Counted from the stretch's first letter, positions 47,813 to 57,888 are shown. The stretch is 64,000 nucleotides of DNA from Vampirovibrionaceae bacterium NZW_1234 (GCA_041697335.1 JBGUGD010000007.1:151976-215975), one strand, 5' to 3'. Program-made: numbers and translations. The notes: a model not told the origin generated them from the letters alone.

Positions 47813-48952
47813 GTGGCATCGGCCCCTCGAGTTGAGAGTTTAACCGGATTGCGCTTTTTCCTGGCGTTCTTTGTGTTTCTTTCGCATGTGATGAAGTATT
47901 TCTTTGGCGAAAGCTATGGGATTTGGGATGGCTTGGGCACGCTTGGGGTGTCGATGTTCTTTGTGCTGAGTGGTTTCGTGTTGTTTATTAACTACATCGA
48001 CCCGCATGAGATGAAGGCAATAGACTTCAAGGGCTTTTATATTGCCCGGGTGGCTCGGATTTATCCGGCCTTTTTGGCCACGTTGATCCTGGCTATTCCC
48101 CTGGAGTTGGGAAGCTGGTCTAAACCCCTGTTCTGGGAATCGTTGGCGTTGAATGTAACGATGATGCACTCGTTTTTTTCCGAGAGTGTGTTTAGTTTTA
48201 ACAACGTGGGGTGGACCATCGGCGTGGAAGTGCTATTTTACGCCCTGTTTCCCTTTATTGCCTCGGCCCTGTTTATGACGGCCCGGCCACTCAGGACCGT
48301 CATGATAGCAGCACTCTGCTGGTTTCTGTTGTGGGTGTGTGTTCAGACATGGTTGCCTGACAGCTATTTTGCCACTCAGTTTTACCCTCTGAATCGGTTG
48401 ATGGAGTTTGTGGGCGGCATGGTGACCGGTTATGTTTTCCTTCGCTATCCTGCCATGTTGCCCAACGTCTTGGCTCGTCCTAAGTATGTCGGACTTTTGG
48501 CCTTTAGTGTGCTTGCGTTGCTAGTGGTAATGCCTCTGGGCTTGCCTCGTCTGCCGAATATGTTGTTTTTGCTGTATCTGCTTCCCACCATGCTGTTGTA
48601 TTACCTGTTGGCCGTGGCCGAATTTCGATCCCGGGTCCGGATTCCCCTGCTGTGCACCGGGTGGATGGTACTGGGCGGTGAAATTAGCTACGCATTCTAC
48701 TTGGCCCATAATCTGATCCTGCGTTATGCCCGAAATGCGATGGATGCCTTCTTGCCACAACATTTTATGCTGCCGGTCTATCACGATTTACGGGTGATGG
48801 TCAGTGTCCTGAGCCTGATGCTGACCCTGGGAACGGCTTATGGGATCTATCGCTGGGTGGAGGCACCTATGCGGCAATGGCTGCGTTTGGCCTTGAAATC
48901 TCTGTTTTCAGGGGCGGGTTTGGTGAAGTCCCCTGAGCGAGTTGACGTTTAG
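47813..48952 (+). CDS. Acyltransferase family 3 (OafA-like) membrane protein
   Basis: LTGLRF, GVSMFFVLSGF, RVARIYP, WTIGVE..FY, GEISYAFYL.H, VEAP; AAGGAG before GTG 47813. Confidence 0.92.
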   Translation: MASAPRVESLTGLRFFLAFFVFLSHVMKYFFGESYGIWDGLGTLGVSMFFVLSGFVLFINYIDPHEMKAIDFKGFYIARVARIYPAFLATLILAIPLELGSWSKPLFWESLALNVTMMHSFFSESVFSFNNVGWTIGVEVLFYALFPFIASALFMTARPLRTVMIAALCWFLLWVCVQTWLPDSYFATQFYPLNRLMEFVGGMVTGYVFLRYPAMLPNVLARPKYVGLLAFSVLALLVVMPLGLPRLPNMLFLLYLLPTMLLYYLLAVAEFRSRVRIPLLCTGWMVLGGEISYAFYLAHNLILRYARNAMDAFLPQHFMLPVYHDLRVMVSVLSLMLTLGTAYGIYRWVEAPMRQWLRLALKSLFSGAGLVKSPERVDV

Positions 48953-49153
48953 ATTCTCCCGGACTCATTCGGCAAGGTGTCACCCTGTGTACTATGGTCC
49001 CGAAGATTTGCCGGGCGGCCATTCCCGTTAACGAATGTAAATTTTTGAGCCATTTTTCCTACAAAAGTAGTCGCAAAATTCTTGAGGGGTGTTTATCTCT
49101 TGAACCAATTTTTACGAGAGATGATGTCACGGTAAGCATAAGGAACTGATTGT

Positions 49154-50341
49154 ATGGTGTTTCCAGTCTCGTTACCCCAAGTAAAACCGGCTGTGCGCTT
49201 TGGTACAAGCGAACAATTTGCACAAAAACTCGGTGTGAAGAAAGAAGATGTCGAGGCCAACTTGCCTGAATTATTGTCCGGTTTGGATTTGGCGCCTGTC
49301 TTGTCCAAATTGTCCGGGAAAGACCGTGTGGATTTTGCCAATGCCGTCAATGCTCTGGCCGCCAGTGCTAAAAAGGCCTTCCCGAAAGGCGATGTGAAAT
49401 TCGAAGATGGGCATTATGTCATTACCTCCTATGACAACAACGAAGGCAAAGCCAGCATTACGAAAGTCAATGCCGCCGTTCGTCCCAATGTCAAAGTCCT
49501 GGGTCGTGATGTGAAGACCGTCAAGGAGTTTCTGGCCGATGCTTTGGGGCCGCAGCCTCGCCTCATTATCAGCCCGGTGGGTTGGACCATTCCTGATCCC
49601 AACGTGCTGATCCAGAACAACAAGGTCTTCGCCGACAAAGCGGCCAACCTGCGTGAAGCCCTGGTGGGCAAGTACGGTGCGGATCACCCGGAACTGGATA
49701 AGAAATACCAGAAGGGCATTAAGACCATGGCCGATAATGCCTACCAGACGGCATTCAACAACTTCTGGAGCGGCGTGGACAATTACCTGTTCAACGACCT
49801 GGGCCTGAAAGCCAAGGATGTGGCCTTTGTGACCAGTGCTTCCTATGCCGGGATTGATAAAGCGGCGATGGATTTTGCGAAAAACCGCAACATCGATGTC
49901 GTGAACATTACCCCCTATTGTTACGCCGAGTGGATGGACACCAATCTGAAGCACCCGCTTCTGGTGACGGAATCCGTGGACGATTACGCCAAGGCCTGTG
50001 CCGAAGCCGCGAACCTGTTATTGGTCACCGGTGGACGTGGCCATGCCTATCAGCAGGATTTCAAACGCTTTATGGTGGATGAGAACAAAGCGGTTCTGGC
50101 CGTTGATGTGATGAAAGAAGGCCTCAACCTCAAGGTTCCCGCCCTGAATAAAGGCGTGGTGGACAATGCGGCGGCCTTGTTGATTGAAAAAGGCTTTAAC
50201 GCCGAGAATGCCGATTTTGCCAAGAACGTTCGCAATGCGGCCAACCTGACCCCAATGCAGCGGGTTGTGGCGGGTGCGTTGGAAACCTTGCACCGGCAAT
50301 TTACCTTCACCAATGAAAAAGCCATTGCCGAGAAACTTTAG
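49154..50341 (+). CDS. RFG-leader protein, putative SLOG/LOG-like Rossmannoid domain; paralogue A
   Basis: VRFG at 14-17; IISPVGWT, GIDKAA, LLVTGGR; strongly biased codon usage; AAGGA RBS. Confidence 0.7.
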   Translation: MVFPVSLPQVKPAVRFGTSEQFAQKLGVKKEDVEANLPELLSGLDLAPVLSKLSGKDRVDFANAVNALAASAKKAFPKGDVKFEDGHYVITSYDNNEGKASITKVNAAVRPNVKVLGRDVKTVKEFLADALGPQPRLIISPVGWTIPDPNVLIQNNKVFADKAANLREALVGKYGADHPELDKKYQKGIKTMADNAYQTAFNNFWSGVDNYLFNDLGLKAKDVAFVTSASYAGIDKAAMDFAKNRNIDVVNITPYCYAEWMDTNLKHPLLVTESVDDYAKACAEAANLLLVTGGRGHAYQQDFKRFMVDENKAVLAVDVMKEGLNLKVPALNKGVVDNAAALLIEKGFNAENADFAKNVRNAANLTPMQRVVAGALETLHRQFTFTNEKAIAEKL

Positions 50342-50353
50342 TAGGAACTGCGC

Positions 50354-51586
50354 ATGATGACTCGGGACAGCCGCTTGACTGCATTGACGCCTAACCTGAC
50401 AGCCCCCGCTGTCGTGGGAGGTCGTCGGGCGTTGGGGCTGTCCCAGTCTCATTCCCCTTCAGTGCGTTTTGGGTCAGCCGAAAATCCGTTGTCCCAGGAG
50501 GATATCTTTGCCCGGATGGGGGCAGCCCATGAAGCGTTAAAAGACGCCGAAACCCGGCCCGATATGTTTCACGATGCCGTTAAGGCCCTGACCAATGGCG
50601 GTGAGGATTTTATCGATAAGATGATGAAAGCCTTGCAAGCGGCCAAGGCCCAAATCCAGCAGACCCGAAGCTGTGAGCTTCTGCGCTCCGAGCACGGGGC
50701 TGAGGTGGGGCAGAAGATTCGCTCCGGATCCTTTGAAAAAGTCTTTGTCAATCGACGGAACTTTTATCCGTCGGATCAAGTCGATTTTAAATCCTTTTTG
50801 CGGGATGAGAAGGTGTTTGGCAAAAAGCAGCGGGCTATTATTGCCCTGACCGGCTGGACCAAGCCTCCGGCTCATTACCTGCAGCAGAACGAAGTGTTTA
50901 AGGAAGCCATGTCCCTGATTCCTCGGGAGAAGTGGCCCCTCTATGCCGAAAAGATTTATGTGCGGGCCATTAAGGAATATCTGGGTGCGGTGCTCGATCG
51001 CTTGAAAAAAGCCGGCTATAACGAAGATGATGTCGCCTTTCTATATGGCGTTACCCCCCAGGGTGTGGATCGGGCCATTGAAGAATTCTGCGAAGAGAAA
51101 AACGTCCCCTATGCCGGGGTGACTTGCTATGACTGGGTCCCCTATGTTGACGATGTTGCCGGGAAGAGGCCGATTTATCTGGCGAAAGATCCGAAAGAGT
51201 TCGGGCAGATTATGTCCGATGCCTCTGACAAGCTCGTTGTGGTGGGTGGACGGGCCTTTGCCTCAACCATCACCAAGAGCGGCGAAACCGTGGGTAAAAA
51301 CAAATCCATGGTACCTATCGACCTGATGCAGATGCGCTATGGGATTCGCATTCCGGCGGTGGTGATTAGCGATGTGGATCGCAGCAGTTCGGAAGTGGAA
51401 AATGCTGCGGCTGTTCTGAACGGTAATAAAGAAACCAATCCTGCCAACTGGCAGGAAGTACAGGAAGGCATGACGTCCTACGAGTTTGACGATCCCTTCG
51501 AGGTCAAAGCCCTGGTCATCATCCTGAAGAAGGCCCTTCAAAACATCGTGGATGCCCGCAAGGTCTCTGAAGAACTCGGGGTATAA
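50354..51586 (+). CDS. RFG-leader protein, putative SLOG/LOG-like domain; paralogue B
   Basis: VRFG at 37-40; IIALTGWT, GVDRAI, LVVVGGR, VENAAAVL align with the upstream gene. Confidence 0.7.
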   Translation: MMTRDSRLTALTPNLTAPAVVGGRRALGLSQSHSPSVRFGSAENPLSQEDIFARMGAAHEALKDAETRPDMFHDAVKALTNGGEDFIDKMMKALQAAKAQIQQTRSCELLRSEHGAEVGQKIRSGSFEKVFVNRRNFYPSDQVDFKSFLRDEKVFGKKQRAIIALTGWTKPPAHYLQQNEVFKEAMSLIPREKWPLYAEKIYVRAIKEYLGAVLDRLKKAGYNEDDVAFLYGVTPQGVDRAIEEFCEEKNVPYAGVTCYDWVPYVDDVAGKRPIYLAKDPKEFGQIMSDASDKLVVVGGRAFASTITKSGETVGKNKSMVPIDLMQMRYGIRIPAVVISDVDRSSSEVENAAAVLNGNKETNPANWQEVQEGMTSYEFDDPFEVKALVIILKKALQNIVDARKVSEELGV

Positions 51587-51678
51587 CCTGCTTTAGTCAT
51601 TTTTCAACCTGGGTTTTTTCAGACTCGCCCCACGATTTTTTTGAGCCAGTGTTTTATTAGGCTTCTCAAATGGGTTAG

Positions 51679-52635
51679 TCAGCCTGGACGCATCTTGCGG
51701 CGGATGGTGAGGGTGTTGATGCGGTAGTATTCGCGTTTGGTGTAGTCGTTGAGTTGCAGCATAAGATCTTCCAGTTTGAACATGTCGTAAGGGTTGCTGA
51801 GGGTCTCCCAGTCCATGGGGTTTGTCTTCAACAGATCCAGCGCAAGCTGGAAGAGAGCCATGGCATCATCGGCATGGCGAACCGCCGAAACTTTTGGGGC
51901 TTGTGTTTCAACAGGCGACACGCGTGGGGTGCTTCGCAGAAAGCCTTTGAGAGTTTCCGGTTTATTGTCGCTTTCCTGCAGGGCTTTTTGCAACAAGGCC
52001 TGTTCTTCCGGTTTTCGTTTCGAGATGGCCAGGGCTTGCTGCTTGGTGGCTTTGGCTTCTTTTAGTTCCGGCATGTGAATCACCAGTTTGCCGACTTGAA
52101 TGTCCCGCCGGATGGCGGCCTGATTTCGGTTAAGGCTTTTGGCCTTCACTGACGCGAATCCTGGGGTCTCCGTACGCGCAAATTGCGCGTACGGGCCTAC
52201 TTTATTCCCGCCACGCTTTGCAGCCGGGTAAAAGGCTTCATATATTTCCTGCTCCCGGACGAGGGCTTCACAGGCTTCCAGGTCGGTCAATTGCTTGCGC
52301 AAGGTGTTGGTGTGGAGTTTCATCAGAAAGGCCTGGGCATCGGTGGCGGGGGTTACGATTTGGCATGGAGCCTCCAGCCAGCCGCCTTGCTGTAAGGCGC
52401 AAAAACGATGGTTCCCGCTGAGAATGATGTATTTCCCTGTTTCAGCATCAGGGCGCACCAGCAGGGGATCCAGGGGGCCTCGATTTAACAGGGCAAAACT
52501 TTCAGCCAGGTCCTTGATATGCTCGGCATCCAATTCCTGGCGCAAGGGATCAGGATCCAGCATCAGCTGATTCAACGGCAACATGACAATAGGAGACTCC
52601 GTAACTCCGCTGTTTTCCTCAAATTCGGGCAACAT
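51679..52635 (-). CDS. ParB/Srx N-terminal domain protein
   Basis: IKDLAESF, PLLVRP, YIILSGNHRF.A, NTLRKQLT; GGAG RBS. Confidence 0.85.
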   Translation of the reverse strand: MLPEFEENSGVTESPIVMLPLNQLMLDPDPLRQELDAEHIKDLAESFALLNRGPLDPLLVRPDAETGKYIILSGNHRFCALQQGGWLEAPCQIVTPATDAQAFLMKLHTNTLRKQLTDLEACEALVREQEIYEAFYPAAKRGGNKVGPYAQFARTETPGFASVKAKSLNRNQAAIRRDIQVGKLVIHMPELKEAKATKQQALAISKRKPEEQALLQKALQESDNKPETLKGFLRSTPRVSPVETQAPKVSAVRHADDAMALFQLALDLLKTNPMDWETLSNPYDMFKLEDLMLQLNDYTKREYYRINTLTIRRKMRPG

Positions 52636-53205
52636 ACTCTATTCTCCTTAATTGGAACACACACTTTTATATAAATATTATATATTACGCTTTGCCTTCT
52701 GTCAAGGCTTTTTCCAGGGTGCCTTTCGGTGGTTTTGCTTTCACTCACTGAGGCTTCTGGGTATGCGATCCGGTATAAAGTTATGGCTTAAAATTCTAGG
52801 GCACTTTTTATCTGGGAGGACAAAAAAACGTTCGGGAGTTTCATGTTTGTATAAGACAAGTGGCAGCTTCCTCATGTTATTTGGCTGGCTTTCCAGGAAG
52901 AGATGTCTTGGAAGGAGAATGATTCATGTTTATATCAGCGCTAATCTTTGTTGCTATTGTATTTCACAGTTTATAACTGGATTATCAATGGATGAGGTAG
53001 TTCAGATAAGCCTGGTGATGCTGAATTAATAATTGTAACGATCTGTGCTAGAAACTAGCAAAACAAGACTTGAGAGGTTTTTATGCTTGCACACAACAAC
53101 ACATCCCCCAGTACTCTTTCCAGTTGTGTTGTTGCGGTAAATTCTATTGTAAACGTATGGGTTATTAGGTAGACGATAGGAATATCACATTAGAAAGGAG
53201 ATTCT

Positions 53206-53676
53206 ATGTCTCGCATTGGTGCAATGTCAGTACGGTTTGGCGCGGTTACGGATAAACAAGCCGACCAAATGCGACTTTTGGCACGACGAACCGAAGAGTT
53301 ACAGACCGAACTTGAGGCCAATAAAAGCGATTTAGGTAATCCGAAGATCATCGCTAAAACGCTTCCTGACTTGATTACCGGGTATACGAATCTGACGAAA
53401 AGTTTCAATCAGGATCCGGACATTGTGGATAAAAACGGCCTTCCCTATCAAGCTCGAGAAGCCATCACCACCATTGGCAAGCGACTGGTAAAATTTGTGG
53501 CCAACATCTTTGAGTCCAGTGTGGCGAAACAGGTGGTGTCGGACATTCAGGCTAAAAACGGAGGGTTCGACCGCGATCTCGAAAACGATCTGCAAGCCAC
53601 CCTTGAGGAAAAGCAAAAGGCCAATGTGAATGATGCCATTGCCAAGGTGCTGGGTTTAAAAGCCTTCGGCGATTAG
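53206..53676 (+). CDS. Hypothetical helical protein with RFG leader
   Basis: AAGGAG RBS, VRFG at 9-12, downstream hairpin. Confidence 0.8.
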   Translation: MSRIGAMSVRFGAVTDKQADQMRLLARRTEELQTELEANKSDLGNPKIIAKTLPDLITGYTNLTKSFNQDPDIVDKNGLPYQAREAITTIGKRLVKFVANIFESSVAKQVVSDIQAKNGGFDRDLENDLQATLEEKQKANVNDAIAKVLGLKAFGD

Positions 53677-53707
53677 ATCCAAGCCAGAAAAATAGGTATT
53701 CAATGTC

Positions 53708-53746
53708 AAAAGCCTGTCTCTGCTAAATACGGCAGGGCGGGTTTTT
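53708..53746 (+). terminator. Probable intrinsic terminator
   Basis: AAAAGCCTGTC.CTGC...GCAGGGCGGGTTTTT stem with G:U pairs and T tract. Confidence 0.6.
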
Positions 53747-53805
53747 GGCGTTTCCATATGCAAAATGTCAAAACTGCTCAGGGTTTACTCATGTAAAACA
53801 CCGAC

Positions 53806-54600
53806 TCAGGATCGGGTGGTTTTGGGCTTCATTCCCAGACACCATAGAATGCCTGAGCGAAGCTGATTAAAGAGCCACGTGACAGGTTTAAACAGGCAAG
53901 CAAACCAGTCTTTAATGGCTTGCATGAGGGGTTGCTTCGATTTTTTTGTACTGCGGGCCGCTTTTGTGGAAGATGCCGATTTTGACCGGGTTCTTAAAGG
54001 GCTCGGGCTGGAAATGCCCTTGGGTTTTTGGACCGTAGTGGACGTACTTGAGGATGTCGATGCTGCACTATGACCTGTAACCAATGCCCCTGGGGCAAGC
54101 TGGCTTACGTCGTTTTGGGCAGATTGGGTGGAGGCGATTTGTTTCTGGCGGACCCAAGAGACCAGTGCTTGTTTGAGATCCGGATCCAACAGGGAATGCA
54201 TGTGCCCCTTGGGAGAGAGGAAGCGGCTTCGCGCTAAAATTGCTTTCACCAGGCTTTTGGCTTCCTTGGGGTCAGGAATCTGAGCTATCCAGGCTTCGAA
54301 GAGTGCGGTGAATTTTTCCTGCACTGTGGTCAGGAGCTTGGTTGTCGGGTGATTCTTCTCTAAGAGCACCCCTTCCAGGACAGCGTCATTTCGAATGTGG
54401 CGGACCACCATGGAGTAGGCCTCTGCCAAGCGAGGGAGCTGTTGTTTCAAGTAGGGCACCTGGGTGCCTTGCTGGCTGATTTCCTGGGCCAAGGTCGCGA
54501 GATCCCGGACTTGATCCGGCAGGTCGCGTCGATTCGATTGCCCTTGGCCGAAGCGCAATGATTGTATGTTGGGGGGTGTTCCCATCAATCGAATCGTCAT
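53806..54600 (-). CDS. Hypothetical protein with RFG leader, Ser/Thr/Lys-rich linker and amphipathic C-terminus
   Basis: LRFG; start ATG 54600 or TTG 54648; C-terminal WFACLFKPVTWLFNQL. Confidence 0.75.
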   Translation of the reverse strand: MTIRLMGTPPNIQSLRFGQGQSNRRDLPDQVRDLATLAQEISQQGTQVPYLKQQLPRLAEAYSMVVRHIRNDAVLEGVLLEKNHPTTKLLTTVQEKFTALFEAWIAQIPDPKEAKSLVKAILARSRFLSPKGHMHSLLDPDLKQALVSWVRQKQIASTQSAQNDVSQLAPGALVTGHSAASTSSSTSTTVQKPKGISSPSPLRTRSKSASSTKAARSTKKSKQPLMQAIKDWFACLFKPVTWLFNQLRSGILWCLGMKPKTTRS

Positions 54601-54675
54601 GGACGAACGCGGTCCTACATTGTCCTGTTTGGTATTAACGCTCGTCAATGCATCTTGTTGCTAGTTGTCTTTTAT

Positions 54676-57492
54676 TTAGGCCTGGGTTGATTTGCCTTCG
54701 GCGATGATCTGCTTCAGGTAGGTCTCCATGCCGGGGTCCATTTGCTTTTTAACCTCGGCGGCCTTACGGTGCATTTCGTCGAGTTTGACCATGAATTTTT
54801 CGGTAAAAAAGATGTTCAAGCGGTAGGGCATCTGGAACAGGGCCCAGACTTTAAGCATAACCAGAAAGGGGAGCACCTGGCCCTGAACAATAGAAGTAAA
54901 GCCGATGCGACCGGCCACGTTCAGGAGGCTGTGGGCCGGGGTCCAGAAGATACCGGAAAGCCAGCTGTTGTATTTTTCCTGAAAGGCCATATTTTTGCCG
55001 GTTTGCTTCAACGCCATTCCTGCCTGGATGAAGTTGCGTTGAAGTTTTTCCCAGCCCCAGGGTAGATTTCGCGTTTCTTCGGCGTAGGCTTTTCGCAGGG
55101 CCCGGTAGGCTTCTACATCTGCTCGGGCCTCGTCTTTGCTTTTGGCATGCAATACGGTCAGGTCGTGGGTCAGTCCTTTTTGGGTTTTTCTCAGGCAATA
55201 TTCCAGGTCTTTTATCAATTGTCGATCGGCGGGTGTTGTGGCCTGCTGCTTAAACGTTTCCAGCGCATTATAGACGGGGCTGCCGGGTTTGCAACCTGCA
55301 ATTCCGAGAGTGAATAATTTGTCCAAGGTGTTTTTATCCCGGTCGGCTTTCAGCAGCAAGGGTTCAAAGGGTTGTTCCGCTCTTGGGTATTTCAAGGATA
55401 GATCGGCCAGAAACTGCTCCGCGTGATTTAGGGTTTGGATGAAAAACTGATCATGCTTGGGGAGCAGTTTTTTAGCGACACCGGTGTCTGTCATTTCCTT
55501 GCGATAATAATCGGACAGGGCTTTGAGTTCAAAGCGGGTCCGCTCCATGGGGACATAGGCGGCACGATCCAGGGCCTTATGCAAATAGGTCAGGTAACGC
55601 CGGAAGGATTTGGCGGCTTTGTATTCGCTCTTGTGACGGGCATAGTCTGGAGAGGACCCCAAAGTTTTGATATAGTCATTGACCTCGGTCTGCATCTTTT
55701 TGATGGCGTCGGTCTGGTCCATGGAGAATTGTAGTTTCGCCTCTCGGGTGAGGGTTTTTTCCGATCCGGCTTGATCCGCCTCCGTACCGATGAGGGGAAG
55801 GGCGAGTGAGGCGTAGAGGGTTTTTAGTGCGTTGGTTACAGGCAGGGCTGCCGGATTTTTGGAAGCCTCCATGTCTTTAAGCATGCCTTTCATTCGTGCC
55901 AGGGTGTCTCGGCTTTCGAGGGCAAGAAGTTCGTCTTTACGACCTTCCAGATACAGTTTGGCGCGCTCCTGGGTGATGTGGATGATCTGCTTTAAAATGA
56001 CATTGGCTCCGGCGCTTAACAAAGTCATGTAGCCCACCAGCAAGGCAAACTTTCCGGACAAGGGCGAGATTTCGTAATCGGTGTAGCGATTAACGTACAG
56101 CCACTCGTAGGTTACCGTCAGCGGGATGCTGATGGGCACCATGACTTTGAGGTCGCTTAACAATTGGGGGGGCTTTTTCCAGAGTTTCTCGAAAAAGCCC
56201 ATCTTCTCAATTCCCAGCAGTTTATTGAGATTGCGCTGGGTCTTCTCTACCTTCATGGCCAGATCTTTGGTTTTTTGGACCATCGGTGTCATGACGGTTT
56301 CGTCAAACTGTTGGCTTAGGGCCTCGGCCTGGTCCGGGTTAGCTTTGATTTTTTCCGCCAGTATTGCCCGTTCCTGTTCAAGTTTTTCGGCGAGTACGTG
56401 TTTCTCCTTGGCAATTTCGCGAATTTCTTTTTCAAATTGTGCTCGTTGGCGATCGGGTTTTTCTTTGTCCCACCCGACGAGAAGAATCTGGAGCTTGGTG
56501 GTCCAGAACCCAATGCCATTGAAGAGGCCATCCAGCGCTACCATTTGCTCAAATAGGGCTGGGACGCTGATGGTTTTGCTCAGGCCCGTAACAAAGGCCG
56601 TGGTTTGACCGTAAAGTGCATCAACAAAAGAGTAAAATGGCAGAAACTGAGCGTCGGAAAGCTGATTGTCCTTAGCCCATCGGGCGAGCTTGCGATAGGT
56701 TGGGCTTTCGTTGAGCCAGGCATTAAGATCTTGACCGGCTTTGGCGATAGTTCCCGGATGGGGCATTGCTGAAGCCGCTCCTAAATGGAAAAGGTAGGTG
56801 TCTACGTACGCTTGAGGGCTTTGACCGTAGGTTTCATAATAGAACGGGATGGTGTCCTTGATGTCCTGGCGCAGGGCCTGCAGGGTTTCTGCCGTGAGGG
56901 TGCCAGGTGTTTTGCTCAGGTGTTGCAGTATCGGAAAGGCACTTACCAGCGTTTTTGCCTCTTCCAGCGCCTCGGATGAACCAAAATTTTGCGGATGATG
57001 TTGAATTTGCCCCAGGAGTTGATCCACCTGGGACAGGCGAATCGTTTTTGTTTCTGTCTCGCCGAAGTGTTCAAGAGCCCGGGTGAGTCTGACGATCAAG
57101 GGGTTCTGGTCGATGGCTGCTTCCAGCGCGGAGGGTACACTGTGGCTGGCTGGTAGCATCCGTCGCCAGAACCCCACGTGGCGAGTACGGAGATCGTCAA
57201 ACACCCGTTGCCGCTGTTGCGGCGTGAGCTGCTTCATCAGGTCGAGTTTGTGAAAAAAGTCCTTTGCGCCGGCCTGGGTGGCATACAGTGCTGAATGTGC
57301 TTCGTTTTTGGGAAGACTGTCGGCACTGTTGGAGGTGAATACATCTTTTGGGCCTTCTGACGGCAGTGGATTGAGCGGATCTGAGCCAAATCGAAACGGT
57401 GTGCGTTTCGGCACCGGTATTTCAAATGGATTTGCGACAGCCGTCCGGGGCAGCCCAAACGGCCTCTCTTTCAGAGGTGACACTGCTGGCAT
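54676..57492 (-). CDS. Large hypothetical helical/coiled-coil protein with hydrophobic segments and RFG leader
   Basis: 938 aa ORF; FRFG at 33-36; coiled-coil RAQFEKEIREIAKEK; hydrophobic stretches. Confidence 0.8.
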   Translation of the reverse strand: MPAVSPLKERPFGLPRTAVANPFEIPVPKRTPFRFGSDPLNPLPSEGPKDVFTSNSADSLPKNEAHSALYATQAGAKDFFHKLDLMKQLTPQQRQRVFDDLRTRHVGFWRRMLPASHSVPSALEAAIDQNPLIVRLTRALEHFGETETKTIRLSQVDQLLGQIQHHPQNFGSSEALEEAKTLVSAFPILQHLSKTPGTLTAETLQALRQDIKDTIPFYYETYGQSPQAYVDTYLFHLGAASAMPHPGTIAKAGQDLNAWLNESPTYRKLARWAKDNQLSDAQFLPFYSFVDALYGQTTAFVTGLSKTISVPALFEQMVALDGLFNGIGFWTTKLQILLVGWDKEKPDRQRAQFEKEIREIAKEKHVLAEKLEQERAILAEKIKANPDQAEALSQQFDETVMTPMVQKTKDLAMKVEKTQRNLNKLLGIEKMGFFEKLWKKPPQLLSDLKVMVPISIPLTVTYEWLYVNRYTDYEISPLSGKFALLVGYMTLLSAGANVILKQIIHITQERAKLYLEGRKDELLALESRDTLARMKGMLKDMEASKNPAALPVTNALKTLYASLALPLIGTEADQAGSEKTLTREAKLQFSMDQTDAIKKMQTEVNDYIKTLGSSPDYARHKSEYKAAKSFRRYLTYLHKALDRAAYVPMERTRFELKALSDYYRKEMTDTGVAKKLLPKHDQFFIQTLNHAEQFLADLSLKYPRAEQPFEPLLLKADRDKNTLDKLFTLGIAGCKPGSPVYNALETFKQQATTPADRQLIKDLEYCLRKTQKGLTHDLTVLHAKSKDEARADVEAYRALRKAYAEETRNLPWGWEKLQRNFIQAGMALKQTGKNMAFQEKYNSWLSGIFWTPAHSLLNVAGRIGFTSIVQGQVLPFLVMLKVWALFQMPYRLNIFFTEKFMVKLDEMHRKAAEVKKQMDPGMETYLKQIIAEGKSTQA

Positions 57493-57888
57493 CGGATGTA
57501 TCCCAACCTAAGGCCTCTCGGCCATAACAACGATTTCTTCGCAACGGTTTCTGTCGTTCATCGACACACCATATATATCCCTAACCTCATCCGCTGTCAC
57601 TGATTTTTTATTATTTTGTAAATTAAAGTTAACAATCTTTTCTGGAGCTCTGAAAAGAGGCGGATCTCAGCCTTGCTCTCAAAAAGAAACAGTCCGATTC
57701 GGTTGGCAATTCGACACTTGTCCAAAACAGCCTCAGCGGTTTGGAGGAGTGTGATTCTAAAAGCCCCACGCTATCAGAACTTTGCCTGTCTAGTCTTTCA
57801 ATTACAACACGTGATTGATCTTGTCTTTGACCCGCCCATATTAGGATAGAGTGGTTGTCACGTGGATTTTTGTGTTAGGAACGTTTTC

